A DNA stretch of 64,000 bases. Source: Cenococcum geophilum. Its lineage: Eukaryota. The first letter of the stretch is position 1; every line of letters starts with the position of its first letter. The translations under genes were made by a program, and so were the position numbers. The notes below the pieces were generated by a model that saw nothing but the letters and a program-made list of their open reading frames with translations, was not told the origin of the DNA and did no database searches. The stretch spans positions 1,550,001 to 1,614,000 of the forward strand of contig CP158635.1 of the NCBI GenBank assembly GCA_050273025.1. Direction: 5' to 3'. Shown here piece by piece: positions 36,201 to 49,485 of this stretch.

Positions 36201-39200
36201 TAAGTTTACTAGGTTAGTATATAATCTTAAAGTTAAATTATAAAAGGTATTTAGCCTAATAAATCTAGCGCTATATTAATTGCTTTATAGTTATAAAGTA
36301 CTATAGGTTTTTATAGTCTGTTAATACGCGTATTAGGAATAATAATCCTTTAAGTTTTAAACGCTATTATTTAAAGCATCTAATAATTATAAGTAGTTCC
36401 TTATTATATATCTTATAGTTTAATTTAGTAGAGGTAAGTTTTTAGGAGAGAAAAGCTACTAGGTATAGCTCGCTATTTTTATTATATTATAATAATACTC
36501 CTCCTAGTATATAATTAGATAAGTCTATTTTAATAATATATTTAAGGTCTAGATTAAAGTAGATAAGAATTAAAGCAGTTATAAAATAATATTTTAGGTT
36601 ATTAAAAGCTTATTTATATTTAGTAGTCTATTTAAATCTTTTATTTTTCCTTATTAAGTTTACTAATAGCTAAATAATTTTTAAAAAGTAATTAATAAAT
36701 TAATAATAGAAATTTGTAAATCCTAAAAATCTTTAAAAATCTTATATACTACTAGGACTTTCCTAGTTTATAATTATAGTAATTTTCTTAGGGTTTATTT
36801 TAATTCCGTTATAGGATATAATTAGGTTTAAGTATATGACTTTAGATATATAAAACTTATATTTCTTAATATTGCATTATAAGCCTGCGTCTTATAGGTA
36901 TTTAAGAACTATTTAGATATATTTCTAATACTTAGAAAGTAAAAATAAATAAATAAAAATATTATTAATATACGCGGTAATAAATATATTAAAGAATTTG
37001 CGAAGTGTATTATTAATATATTACTAAAATATACGAGGACCGTTTTTTATATTAAATAGTATTACTAGGTATTTAAAAAGTCCCTATTATATATAGAAAG
37101 CCATATACTTTTTATCACCTTTATAAATATAGATTTAATTAAAGGTAGTAACTATATTAAGCTTTATAAAGTATTATACTTTTACTAAGTAGTTAGGCGT
37201 TTCTTAAAGTAAAGGAATTAAATATTAGTTTTAAATTATAATTATATTTAAGACTTAATAATTAATATAGAACCTTAAGCCTTTTTTTAAGTTTCTTAAT
37301 AAATAGTATAGGTAAGGTAAATAGTAATTAACTAGGGCGAATAAATCCTTTCTTTAAGTATTCTTTAAGGTATTATTATATTATAAGCAGCTCTTCTTAT
37401 AATATACTATATAATAGGCTAAACTTTAGTATTATATTAGATTTAAGTTCCATTTTAAAATTATACTTATCTTAATATAGGGGTAATTAGTCTATAAATT
37501 ATTTCTTAAACGTATTAATTAGGTTATAATATTCTTTAGGTATAAAAGGTTAGGGGTTAATATATTACTTTAGTTCTAACGCCTTCTTAATATCTTTTAA
37601 TATTATAGTAAAGATCTAATAGTTTTGTTTTCTTACTAATAAATAAAAGGGTGTGGCTTATATTATCTTTGCATTCTTTACTATAATTAGCAGTTATAAC
37701 TTTATTATATTAGTTTAAGGTTTATAGTAAGGGCAATTTATATTATATTAAATTTAAATAGTTATATATATATTTATAGGGTAAATAGTATTTTAAGTAA
37801 TAACTTTAGTAGTAGGTTATATGGAATTTTAGTATTTCTTTAACCTAGCTAATTAAAGGGTTATATTATTTTAGCTATCTATATCTAAGTATTACCTTAT
37901 AATACTTTAAGGGTATTATAAACAGGAAAACGTATTTAAGGTATTTACCTATTTATATTTTTATAAAAGTATAGTGTATTAGTTTACTATATATTAAAGG
38001 CTTACTATTAAAGCCTTATAAGCCTTAGGGCTTATTAAGTTTCTTTAAATTTAAGCGTTAAGTTTTCATATAGTTTATATTAATAAAGCCTATACTAGTA
38101 GCTCCTCTATCTATAAGGATTTATACTTCCTTCTATTTTCTAAGTATTTAAATTTTGCTAAGTATATTAAGGGAGTTATATTATATATTAGTGCTAAAAA
38201 AGCCTAAATACTTATACTCTTTTACTTTTTATCTTAAGGCGGGACTTAGCCTTAGGATAATTTATTTTTTAAGTTAACTAAAGGTAAGATACTTTATAGT
38301 AACTAAGTATAATTTATAAAATAAGTATAACTTAAGGACTAAAAGGAGCTACGGCGGGCCTTTTTAAAAGGGTAAGTTTGGCAATCCCTTTAAATATATC
38401 CCTTTATTCTATATCCCTTTATTCTTTATTTATTAGTTCTTAAGGGTATATAAAATTAAGTAGTATTAAGGTCTATAGGGTTATATATAAGGCTTTTAGG
38501 TCTTAAAAATAAATCGCGCTTTAAGGTATATACTAGTTTTATAAAGTTTTAAATATAAAGTATAGTTAGCTTTAGGGAATAAGTCTATTTATTATATTAA
38601 AGGTCCTTATTAATTTATTAATATATTATAGCAAATTCGGGTAAGCGCTTTAGTAGTTTTTTACCTACTAACTATGCTCTAATTTTATCTAAAATAGCTT
38701 AATAAAGAGTAGTAACTTTAGCGGCTTTAGTTTAATCTAGTTTACTAATAAGGCCTAAAATAGAGAGGAGCTCTTGCTGCACCCGGCCTAAAAAGACCAA
38801 AACTAACTAAAAGAACCCTGAAAAACACTTAGAGAATCCCCTTAAGATGCATGCATCGTAGGGGAGGTACACGTTAAACGACGGTGGTTCGTACTCGCGC
38901 GCGTCTACTAGAACCACGCCTAGCAATAGCCCTCTATAACAAGAACGGGCGAATACTACACTATAAAGCGGAAAGACCTCTATTAAGAAGGTATTTAATA
39001 AAATATAAAGCCTATTAGATATATCTAGTATCTATAGTTACGGGGGAGTAACTGTTAGCTATAACGAACTAATATAGCTAGTAGAATGGCTCCGCTAGTC
39101 TAGTAAACCCTAGGCGCCCCTTTAGCAAACCCTTAACTAAATCCTCTAACGGTTAAGCAAAATTGAAAATAAATAAAACCCCTCCTTACCGGCAAACCGC

Positions 39201-42200
39201 ACCTAGGCCGCCGTAGCTGCGTATCCATAGTATAGGGAACCTACCCCCCTAAAGATAACATCTAGGTATATAATTATAATATAACCAAATATAGAAAAAG
39301 TAGAGGGGTTTAGGGGATAATTAGAAACAGAAGTCCTTACGGAGATTTATAAAGAGGTCTATAACGCTATTATAGTCCGATACCTTAGGAGCGGAGATAT
39401 TAGAGTTACCTTAAGGGACTAATAGGTAAAGGAACGAGCTGTTAGGGTAGGGGATAGGCTAGGAGAACATATTGGCATAAAAGTGCTCCGCAAAGATTAC
39501 CCAGTTGAAGTCCTAGTGGTTCCCCTAAGCCTTAGGGTAGAAAAGGGACGCTAGGCGGACAATATAGCAACTATATATAAGATAGTAAAATAAACGAAAC
39601 GCCTTATACTAGGACTTAAGATTACCCGAATCTAATGGCTTTAATAGGAAAATATAAACTAAGTATATAACGAGAATAATGAAAGAATATAAGGGTCGCT
39701 AGAGACTTGCTAGGGAAACGCTAGTTAAACATATAGCTCCCTTATCGTTAGCACACATATACTAGGAATGCAAAAACTCCTTATTTAAAAAGGTATTATT
39801 ATAAATGGCCTTATATATAACGCAAGGCTCTATAACTATAGACTCCGCCTAGAATAATGCTATTGCTGTATATAATAGGGATACACCTAATCTATATACG
39901 CAGCACAGGTATGCTACGGCTACTATATAGGCCCCCACAATATAAGATAATGCTTAAATTAAGACTAAATAAAATGCGTAAACTGCTACCGAAGCATATA
40001 TAAGGCGTAAGAGAGAGTAGACTGTATTAAATATAGGAGACGGAAGGTAAGGGCTTAATAGCTATAGGAATAACTACACGCTAGGTTATATAAATGGAAA
40101 TAATAGGCAATAAGCTAGGGGGGCGCAGGTGCCTTTCTAGCGTTTCCTACCTTTAATACTAGGGGGCTAGGCTAGCCATCCTAAGCCTTAACGGGCCAGA
40201 AGCGACGCCGCGCGATATTACTAGACTATATAGGGATATAAGGATCACAGGGGATATAAGGGAGAGGACGCCCTGTAGGAAGACCCTTATAGACAGCTAT
40301 AGTAAGCTTAAAACCAGGATAATTAAGAATTAGACTTAACGCGGTAAACATAACATTTATAGCCAACTCTTAAAGGGTATATAGCTAACTAGTAAAAACA
40401 GGGGAAGAACTGGAGATAATAACAGATTTAAATATAAAAGCGCTAGTAGGAATATAAGATATGGGAATAGAAAGCTCTATACAAAATAAGTAGCAACTAG
40501 GGTATAGATATAAGAGACAGAAGTTTTAAATGTCCTAGAGAAAGTAGAAATAGAAGAAGCGAGGAATGAAGGAGAGGCGAAGGACCCTTACTAGGGGTCC
40601 GCCACCTATCCATTATATAGTATAACTGCGGCAATACAAACCACCGTCTTGTAAGGCCCTTACTAGACAGCCTAGACCTAGAGAAATACTATATCCTTGC
40701 TATATAAGAGCCGTATTATAATGCCTATATATAATTAATATACTGCCCCTAAGGATTCTAGCTCCTATACGAACCAAAAGCAGCTATATATATATACTTT
40801 ATAATCAGCAAGGCTATCAGCCTATCTTTATAGTTATGGCAGGCAGTTAACCTAGATATTGCAGTTATAATAATCTAGATATATAGGGGACCAGTATAGA
40901 TTATTAATGTATATAACTCTAGGGTCGAAGGGGTCCTATAAATAGAGAATATTATATTAGCGATAAGCTTACTTGGAACCGAAGGCATAGAGTCTATCCT
41001 ATTAGGAGATATAAACCTCTACTACCCGCGGTAGGGGGGTATTTATATTACTGCTAAATAATAGGCAGAGTGCCTACTAAAAGCTATAGACACCTAGGGC
41101 CTTAAGCTAGCCACCCCCCTAGGAGTAATTATATAGTAATAAGGCACCGCCAGAAGTATAATTAACCTTATATTTATAGACAAAGGCCTATACTAGAGAC
41201 TTAAAAGGTGCAACCCCGAAAAAAAATAGGTACTCGCTTTAGACTATATCCCTATCTAGATATAGCTAGATCTAGATATTAAGGCGCAACCTAATAGCAA
41301 AAGATATATAATAAGAAAGCTTAAGACAGACAGCTTCTTTAGCATAGTTAAATAACAACTTTAAAACCTAGAAGAAATCCACCTAATACTAAACGAGCGA
41401 GGCTTATTAGCTACCCCTAAGGAAATTAACCAAAGACTAGAAAGGATTTAGGTAGTAATTAAAAATGGGCTAGAAGAGTACTGCCTGGTCTTAAAACCGG
41501 GCCCCTATATACGATACGCATGGTCCGTATAATACGCAGTTCTTATCATTAGCTAATAATAAGTAAGAAGGAAATATATAAGTAGCTATAATCCTAAAGA
41601 TAAGAGACAATATAAAGATATAAAAAACCAGCTAAAGAATACCCTAAAAAAAGAAGTAAGAAATAGCTGGAGACGGTTTATAAATAAGTATACTACTAAC
41701 CTAAGCCTCCCCCATAACAAAGGTCTCTAGAGAATAATGAAATAGGTAAAGAAAAAGGCGGGACGCCTAGTAGAAGACCTATACCTTCCGTCCCTATAAA
41801 GACTAGGTAAATTACTAGCTATAAGCGATAATAATAAGAAGGCAAAGATCCTTATAGAAAGATTTTCCCCTTAACTAGCTTTAGTAGACCTTAGCAATAT
41901 TACAGGCGAAGCACCGGTAACTCGCCTAAGGGTTAACAGCGATAAAACAACTAAAAAAATAACCAGAACTATTAGCCGCCTTTTAAATAATATAGCACCA
42001 GGACTAGATAGGATCCTAAATAAAGCCCTAAAGACCTACGGACCACTAATAGCACCTTAGCTTACAGATATAGCTAGAGTATACTTTATAATAGGCTACT
42101 ACCTAAGACTTAGAAGAGCTATAATAACGTTTATCCTATATAAAGAAGGTAAAGCAAACTACTTATTTCTAGGGAGCTACCGACCTATTGCCTTAGAGAA

Positions 42201-43986
42201 TACCCTTAGCAAGATCTTAGAAAGGGTAATAGCGGATCGCATAATAGATATGGCTAAGGAACACGCCCTACTACTATAAAGCCAAATAGGGGCAAGAAAG
42301 AACCGCTTAACACTATCAGCACTTACGCTACTCGCTGCTACTATTAAATCTACATGGGCGATGCGAAAGGACTTTATAGTATTGATGCTTAGCCTAGATA
42401 TTAGTAGCGCCTATAATAATATACCCTACGAGCGTCTCTTATACATCCTTAGGGTAAAAGGCTTCCTAGAATAGATTATATAATTTGTTTAAGGGTTTAT
42501 AGGTTAAAAAGAAACATTATTAGTCTTTAGCGGATACTAAATCCCCCCTATTATAGTTGTAACAGGAATACTATAAGGATTACCCCTCTCGCCTATACTC
42601 TTCCTTTTCTTTATAAGCAACCTACTTAACTCCTTTAAAGAAGGGGCGACCTAGGGGATAGGCTTTATTAATAACACAAACCTAATTATATACGGGCCAA
42701 CAGCTATAGAGAATTGTAGAATACTAGAGAAAGCTTATAATACCTATATAAAATAGGCAAGACAATATAGAGTTTAATTCTTACCAGAGAAATACCAGCT
42801 AATCCATTTTATAAGAAAACGCAACCAATTTATAGATCTTTAGCATATAATTCGCATCTAAGGCTTTAGGGGTTAACTAGTTTAGAGCCTAAGAGTATTA
42901 GGAGTATAGGTAGATAGTAAGCTCTAGTAGAGCGTATATGCGGTGCAAGTGGCCTATAAGGGCTAAGTATAGTACATCGTATTATCTAGGATCATCAACT
43001 CTATATAGGGCCCATGCTTCTAAAGGTTACGCCTACTATATACAGCAGTTATCTAGCCAACTATAATATATAGGTCCAGTATTTGGGCCATTAGAGAATC
43101 TAAGAAAGGCCCCCCTAAATCGCTCCTTAAACCACTCTAAAAGGTCTAAATAGCTTACCTCTAGAGTATAATAGGCGGATATAAGCAAACGGCTATAGCA
43201 CTGCTTAAGAAGGAAGCTAATATTCCCCCCCTATAACTATATATTAAAGCTACTACAATATAAAGGGCATAAAAGGAACGCAACTCTAATGTTATAAAGT
43301 ATATTAAGACACGCCTAAATAAACTATAGAGGGACCTTAGGGCGCCTTATAGAAGAATAAACTAATAACCCTAAAGTAGGGAAGATATATTGGAGAAACA
43401 GGTAAAGAAAGCAGAAGAAAAATGGCGCTACTTTAGGGCCTAGGCCCATATAGAGGAGGAAGGGAAATACGTAAGAGGCTAGCAAAGATAATAATAAGAG
43501 AGAGAAAGGAGCTAAAGTAAAGCATAAAAGAACGCCGGGAAACTATCTACTATAATGCAATACTGGCTGGACTAACGCTAGAGAGGCGTATAGGAGTTAA
43601 AGGTATAGAGGCTAACTAAGGCAAGAGGAACCTAAGCCGTAGCATAATTAACGCTATAGGAGGTAAACACTCTAGAGCTCTGAGAAGGCCTAATAAAGGC
43701 AGAAAATATAATAGCAACACTCTTAAGAATAGGAATAATAGGACTAAAAGACTGGCTCTACTAGGTGGGTGTCCTAGTAGGTAGCCTAAGATATAAATAT
43801 AGCTGGCTAAGACAGACACCAAAATATATAATACTATTATGCCCCTTACGCACTAACCAAGAAGTAATACTCTTAGTAGCTGGCATAAAGAACTATAAGA
43901 CACTACTCTTGATACAAAAAGGCCTTAAGGCGGTTACCTAGTAGCTTATTAGCTAAAATGTACTAAACCAGTTCTAGGTTATAAAG

Positions 43987-46900
43987 TGTAACCGACTACC
44001 GACACTGCGTTGAGACACAAGATCACCGCTTGGAAGGCTCCGAGATGGCGTCAACGCCACCCAATATAGTGGTTGCAGATCAATATTGGTGGCAGATTAC
44101 CGTTCCCATTTCAGCTATCTATTACCCTATTACTTCCACCTTCTTCGTGTATATATAGAGCCTCTAGAGCTACATTTACAATCAAGTCGTTCATTTAATT
44201 CTTCGCACTGCAAAGCTTACAGTTATAAGCCCGGATCGCACCACCTACTAACCAATCAATCTACTACCTTATTTAAGAAGTCACTACTTCTACCTTTGCA
44301 GTGTCTCGAGCTTCTTCACCTACCAAACGAACGGACAATCAACCCCAGTCGACGATCGTACGTATCTGACCAATAAACGAATTAACGAATCAAAAACGTC
44401 AAAATAAGGTTTTTGCCAAGACGCCAATTGGACCCTGCCTGACCTGTTAAATCCTAAAAATGACGACCACAAGCGAATCGAAAGTCAACCTTATGCTTAA
44501 TCAGCCTTCTGATTGGACATAGTGGTTCTTTATCATCTAAGACACTGCCAAAACTAACGAGGTATGGGAGCACATTAACCCATCTAAAAAAGGCAAGCGT
44601 CCAAAGCTAGTATAACCAAGTCGTCCCACACCAAGGGACATACTACCTACGGCTATATCGATAGCAAAGCTAGACCCAAGTCAGCTTACCGCCTATAACC
44701 AGCTCTATACTGAATACAAAGACAATCTTCGCACATACGAGAAGCAAAAACGGGCTATAAACGATATCAGTAACTATATCGTTCGCACCACATCGGTAGC
44801 CTACCTTCCACTTATTGACGACCTTAATACGGTACACGAACGGCTTCAAGCACTCAAGACTGCACTAGCCCCTACCACCTCAGGTCAAAAACGAGACGTC
44901 CTAAATCAGTACACGGCTTTAAAAGTCTATAATAAAAAGCAGAGTATTAATAAATGGTTAAATAACTAGCGGAATGTCTATAAGCTTGCGGAGCAATTAA
45001 AGCTACCAGATATACAAGGATTTAGGCCACACTATAACTTTATTCAAGCCATCAAATCCATCTCTTCTAGTTTTGTAGGAGCACTAGAAGTAGACCTCAT
45101 TAGGAAAGAACGGAAGAATAAAGATGCCCCATCTATTATCGATCTAATTAAGGAATTCAAGGAGCACTACCGCATGCAGCAAGCAGCATCCTCTACTACC
45201 CCTACTAATAACTCTGCTTTTGCAACCCTAGGCAATTCCAATTTAGATTCCAATTGCAATTCTAATTTAGATTTAAAATGGAATAAGGAATGCATATGCG
45301 GCTTTAAACATCGATTTAGTAGCTGCTACTATATCGTTAAGCAGAAGCGCCCTTAAGGATAGAAACCAAACCCAGACATCCAAAAGAAAGTAGAAGAAGC
45401 AATTTTATCTACGCCTTGGATTAAACGCATTATTAACCTTATCTTAAAAAAAGAATAGGAAGCAAAGAAGAACACAGAATCTATAATTAATTTTAATTCT
45501 AAAACCCTACCGTCTAAGATACTGACTAGCCATGCTGCCGTATTTTATACTGGCCAAACTCTATTTAAACTCCAGAACACCTAGATACTCAACCCTAGTG
45601 TAGATACCCACGTCTATAATAACCAAGAAGACTTTACCTTCTCCTACCCAGCTGCAGAAGACGACTACCTAATTACTAGTGGAAATTGTGAAAAGATACA
45701 GGCTTATGGAACAGTAACGATTACTGTTAATACACCTACTGGGAGCTCAAAAATGAAGCTATCCCATGTAGCATTGGTACCTACTATATTTACAAATATC
45801 GTAGCACTATTAAGAGCTACTAATAACGATATCCATTTTGACTTAGGACGAAACTTGCTATACCGTTTAGCAACTGGCGAAATAGTATGCTATGCGAAAC
45901 GACTAGGGGGCTACTGGGCACTAATGCACCGAGAGCCTATAAATACCCTAGATTCAACAAATCAATCAACCTTCTTAATAAGAAGACATTAACCAAGTAG
46001 AATGGCCCGTAAACCAGTCGGAGCTATAGCTATAAAATGGCACAAAATACTTGGCCATGCAGGACCTGATGCTATTGAGCAGCTTCCTAAGCACGTCAAT
46101 GGCGCAGAGCTTGAAGAGCTAATCGACGAACGAGCACCGCTTAAAATCGAATGCGAAGTCTGCTCATTAGCAAAGCATACGCAGCAGATCTCTCGAAGAC
46201 GACAACACGAATTTCCAGCCACTCGACCATTCGAGCGGGTAGCATTCGATATCATTACCCTAGGAGAACTAGGGTACAACGGCGATAGATACGTGATATA
46301 CTTCTATTGCACGTATTCCAAATTTAATTTTGTATTTACCGCTAAGAATAAGGATAAAGCTACCGTCCTACCTACCATCCGCAAGACCCACCGTTTAATT
46401 AAAATACGATTCCACTAAGATGTGATCTTCTTCTGGAGCGACAATGAACGAGCTTTTGGACAAACAGGAGATACCTTAAATATATGGTGCGCAGACGAAG
46501 GCATTACTTTTGAATGCCGAGCCCCGTATACAGAAGAACAAAATGGCGGAGCTGAACGATCTGGACGAACCCTTATGGATCGATCAAGGGCTATGCAGCT
46601 AGAAGCATCCTTACCCCCATCCCTAGGACCAGAAGCTTTCCTTGCTGCTGGCTATGCACTCAATCAAACCCCAAATGAGCAACTAGGATGGAAAACTCCG
46701 TATGAGATCGCCTACGGCAAGCCGCCATCACTTACCCATATGCATGCATACGGCTGTAAGACCTATACACTGGACAAATGAATTAAAAGGGGAGATAAAC
46801 TAGCTCCTCGTGCATCAATTGGACATCTAGTCGGCTACGATTTAACCAATATCTATCGAATCTGGATTCCGAGTCTCCGCAAGGTCATTTGAACTAGAGA

Positions 46901-49485
46901 CGTCACATTTGACGAGACCTCGTTCTATAACCCCAAGGGTTAAGACATCGACTACCTACTAAGGGAAGCATTAGAGGACACCATTTAGACGATCAGTCTA
47001 CTAGAACCTCTTCACGAGGATGAGTCTGAGGATGAATCTGTCCTATATAGACCTACCTTAAATGTAGAACAAACGACTACACCTGAATTGAATGATGCGG
47101 CAGAGCCTCGTACGAAGGATATTAAACAGTTACCGACTCCTAGCAGAACGGTATCTCCAGATTTACCAGAATCGAACACCTTACCACAAGGACTTTAAGA
47201 CGACATCCTGGATACAATTAAGACAACCCCTACCTAGCCAAGCTCCCCAGAACCATCCAATAGAGTAATTAATACAGCTCCACGAGCTAATGAAGTCTCG
47301 GCCAAACCTTCTGCCGACCTTATCCTACCAGAAGGATCAAAACGAATTCAACGTTAAGCGCATGTAGCAGCACTAACCAATCTATCTACCCTATTTGGTT
47401 ACTACGCTGGATTTACCATAGGACTAGTAAAGGACATCGACCGAACTAGATCCTTATCTCTACATTAGGACAACCTTCCTCCTAAACCAAAGAATCTTAA
47501 AGATCTAAGAAAGCACCCTTTGACTACTGGCTTTTAAAAGGCCATGGAAAAAGAATACAACGACCTAAAACGCCGAGGGATATTTAAGACTGTACTAAAA
47601 GCAGAAGCAGGCAACGAGCAGATCCTTCCACTAAAATAGGTCTTTAAATATAAGCTCGACAGTAACGGTTATCTTTAAAAGCTTAAAGCTTGACTGTGTG
47701 TCCGCGGAGACCTGCAGATTACAGAGGAAGAGACCTATGCAGTAACCCTAGCTGCTCGAATATTCCGTGCTCTCATGGCTATAGCAGCCGCATTCGACCT
47801 GGAAATTTGACAGTATGACGCTGTAAACGCATTTATAAACGCCAAGCTCAGTAAACCAATCTACTGCTACTACCCAGAAGGATTTAATCAAAACGGATAT
47901 GTCCTAAAGCTACTCATGGCGCTATATGGATTAAAAATCTCACCACTACTTTGGTATAAAGAGCTTACCAATACACTGGCTAAATTCGGATTAGAACTAG
48001 TACTAGGCACTAACTGCCTATTTACCGATGGACGACTTATTGTCTTCTTCTATGTAGACAATATAGCCGTCCTATTTGCCAAGAAGGACCTTTTAAGACT
48101 TGAAGAATTTGAAGCAAAATTGCTGCACCGATACGAGATCCGTGCACTAGGAGACCTACAGTGGTTCCTAGGAATTTGAATTGAACGAGATTGACCAAAT
48201 CGAAAGCTCTGGCTCTGCTAAGATTCCTATATCGAAAGGATAGCCAATCGATTTAATATTCAACCAGGAAGATTTCCTAAATCTCCATTACCTGCTGAAC
48301 TGATTCCGTCTAACTAGTAGACGAACCCTTAAAGAACACTAGCCTATTAGCAACGGGTTGGTTCTCTTGCACACCTAGCCGTATTTGGAAGACCTGATAT
48401 TGCTAAGACGCATTCTAAGCTGGCCGAATTTCTTACTAATCCAAATTAAGAACACCTTAATGCAGCAAACTAAGCCATTTCCTACTGCCTTGGAACAAAA
48501 TTAATAGCTATCGAATACTCTGGCGAAGCCTTTAGAGTATACGTCTATTACAGAAACCCAGAAGGAGAAAACGTTACCTTTTACGGAGCATCCGATGCAG
48601 CATTTGCGGACGATAAGGAGACTAGACGGAGCTCTTAGGGGTACCTATTTATGCTATTCGGAGGACCAATTGATTGGAAAGCTACCTTATAACGATCGGT
48701 TACTCGTTTAACTACCGAAGCGGAGCTTCTCTCCCTATCTACTGCTGCCGTTAAAATTATCTGGTGGTAACGATTCTTTAAGGCAATAGGCTTCAATTTA
48801 GAACGCGATTTTACCGTACTCTACGACAATATGCAGACCGTACGACTCCTAAGACAGGATACACCAAAGCTTGACACCAAGCTTCGATATATCGACGTCC
48901 ATCAGCACTGGCTGAGACAGGAAGTCCAAGTCAAAAAGATTAACGTCTAATGGGTCCCTATAGACAAGATGCCTGCCAACGGCCTTACCAAGATCTTACC
49001 CCGTTAAAAGCACGAGGCATGGATAAAGCAATTGAATTTGGTGGATATTCGACATCAGATTAATTGACTCCATTCGCAATGTCCGCGATATCCGCAATAT
49101 CCGCGATATTTGCAATATTCGCAATATACCATTTTAATTACCCTACCTTTTGCTACTCTCAAATTGTATCTAAATTTCCTATTTTGGTATAGCTTCTGCC
49201 CTCATTTTATGTTCTACAGCTTTAACTACACCGTTAAATCTGGGGGGGTGTGTAACCGACTACCGACACTGCGTTGAGACACAAGATCACCGCTTAGAAG
49301 GCTCTGGGATGGCGTTAACGCTACCTAATATAGTGGTTGCAGATCAATATTGGTGGTAGATTACCGTTCCCATTTCAGCTATCTATTACCCCATTACTTC
49401 CACCTTCTTCGTGTATATATAGAGCCTCTAGAGCTACATTTACAATCAAGTCGTTTATTTAATTCTTCGCACTGCAAAGCTTACA
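43987..49485 (+). mobile_element. Full-length Ty1/copia I (lightly RIPed)
   Basis: 235-bp LTRs at 43987-44221 and 49251-49485 (TGTAA..TTACA); TSD TAAAG; G-run PPT at 49242-49250. Confidence 0.97.
44460..49067 (+). pseudogene. copia I gag-pol with scattered premature stops
   Basis: ORF-track fragments show WHKILGHAG..CEVC (integrase Zn finger), EQNGGAERSGR (integrase core), LYGLKISPLLW and YVDN (RT). Manual reading gives DAAFAD and ANGLTK (RNase H). Integrase precedes RT. Confidence 0.95.

Noticed and set aside
44086..44376. ORFs starting in copia LTRs (also 49350-49547)
   Set aside because: Chance ORFs in LTR sequence; the tail of the second is the end of LINE ORF2.
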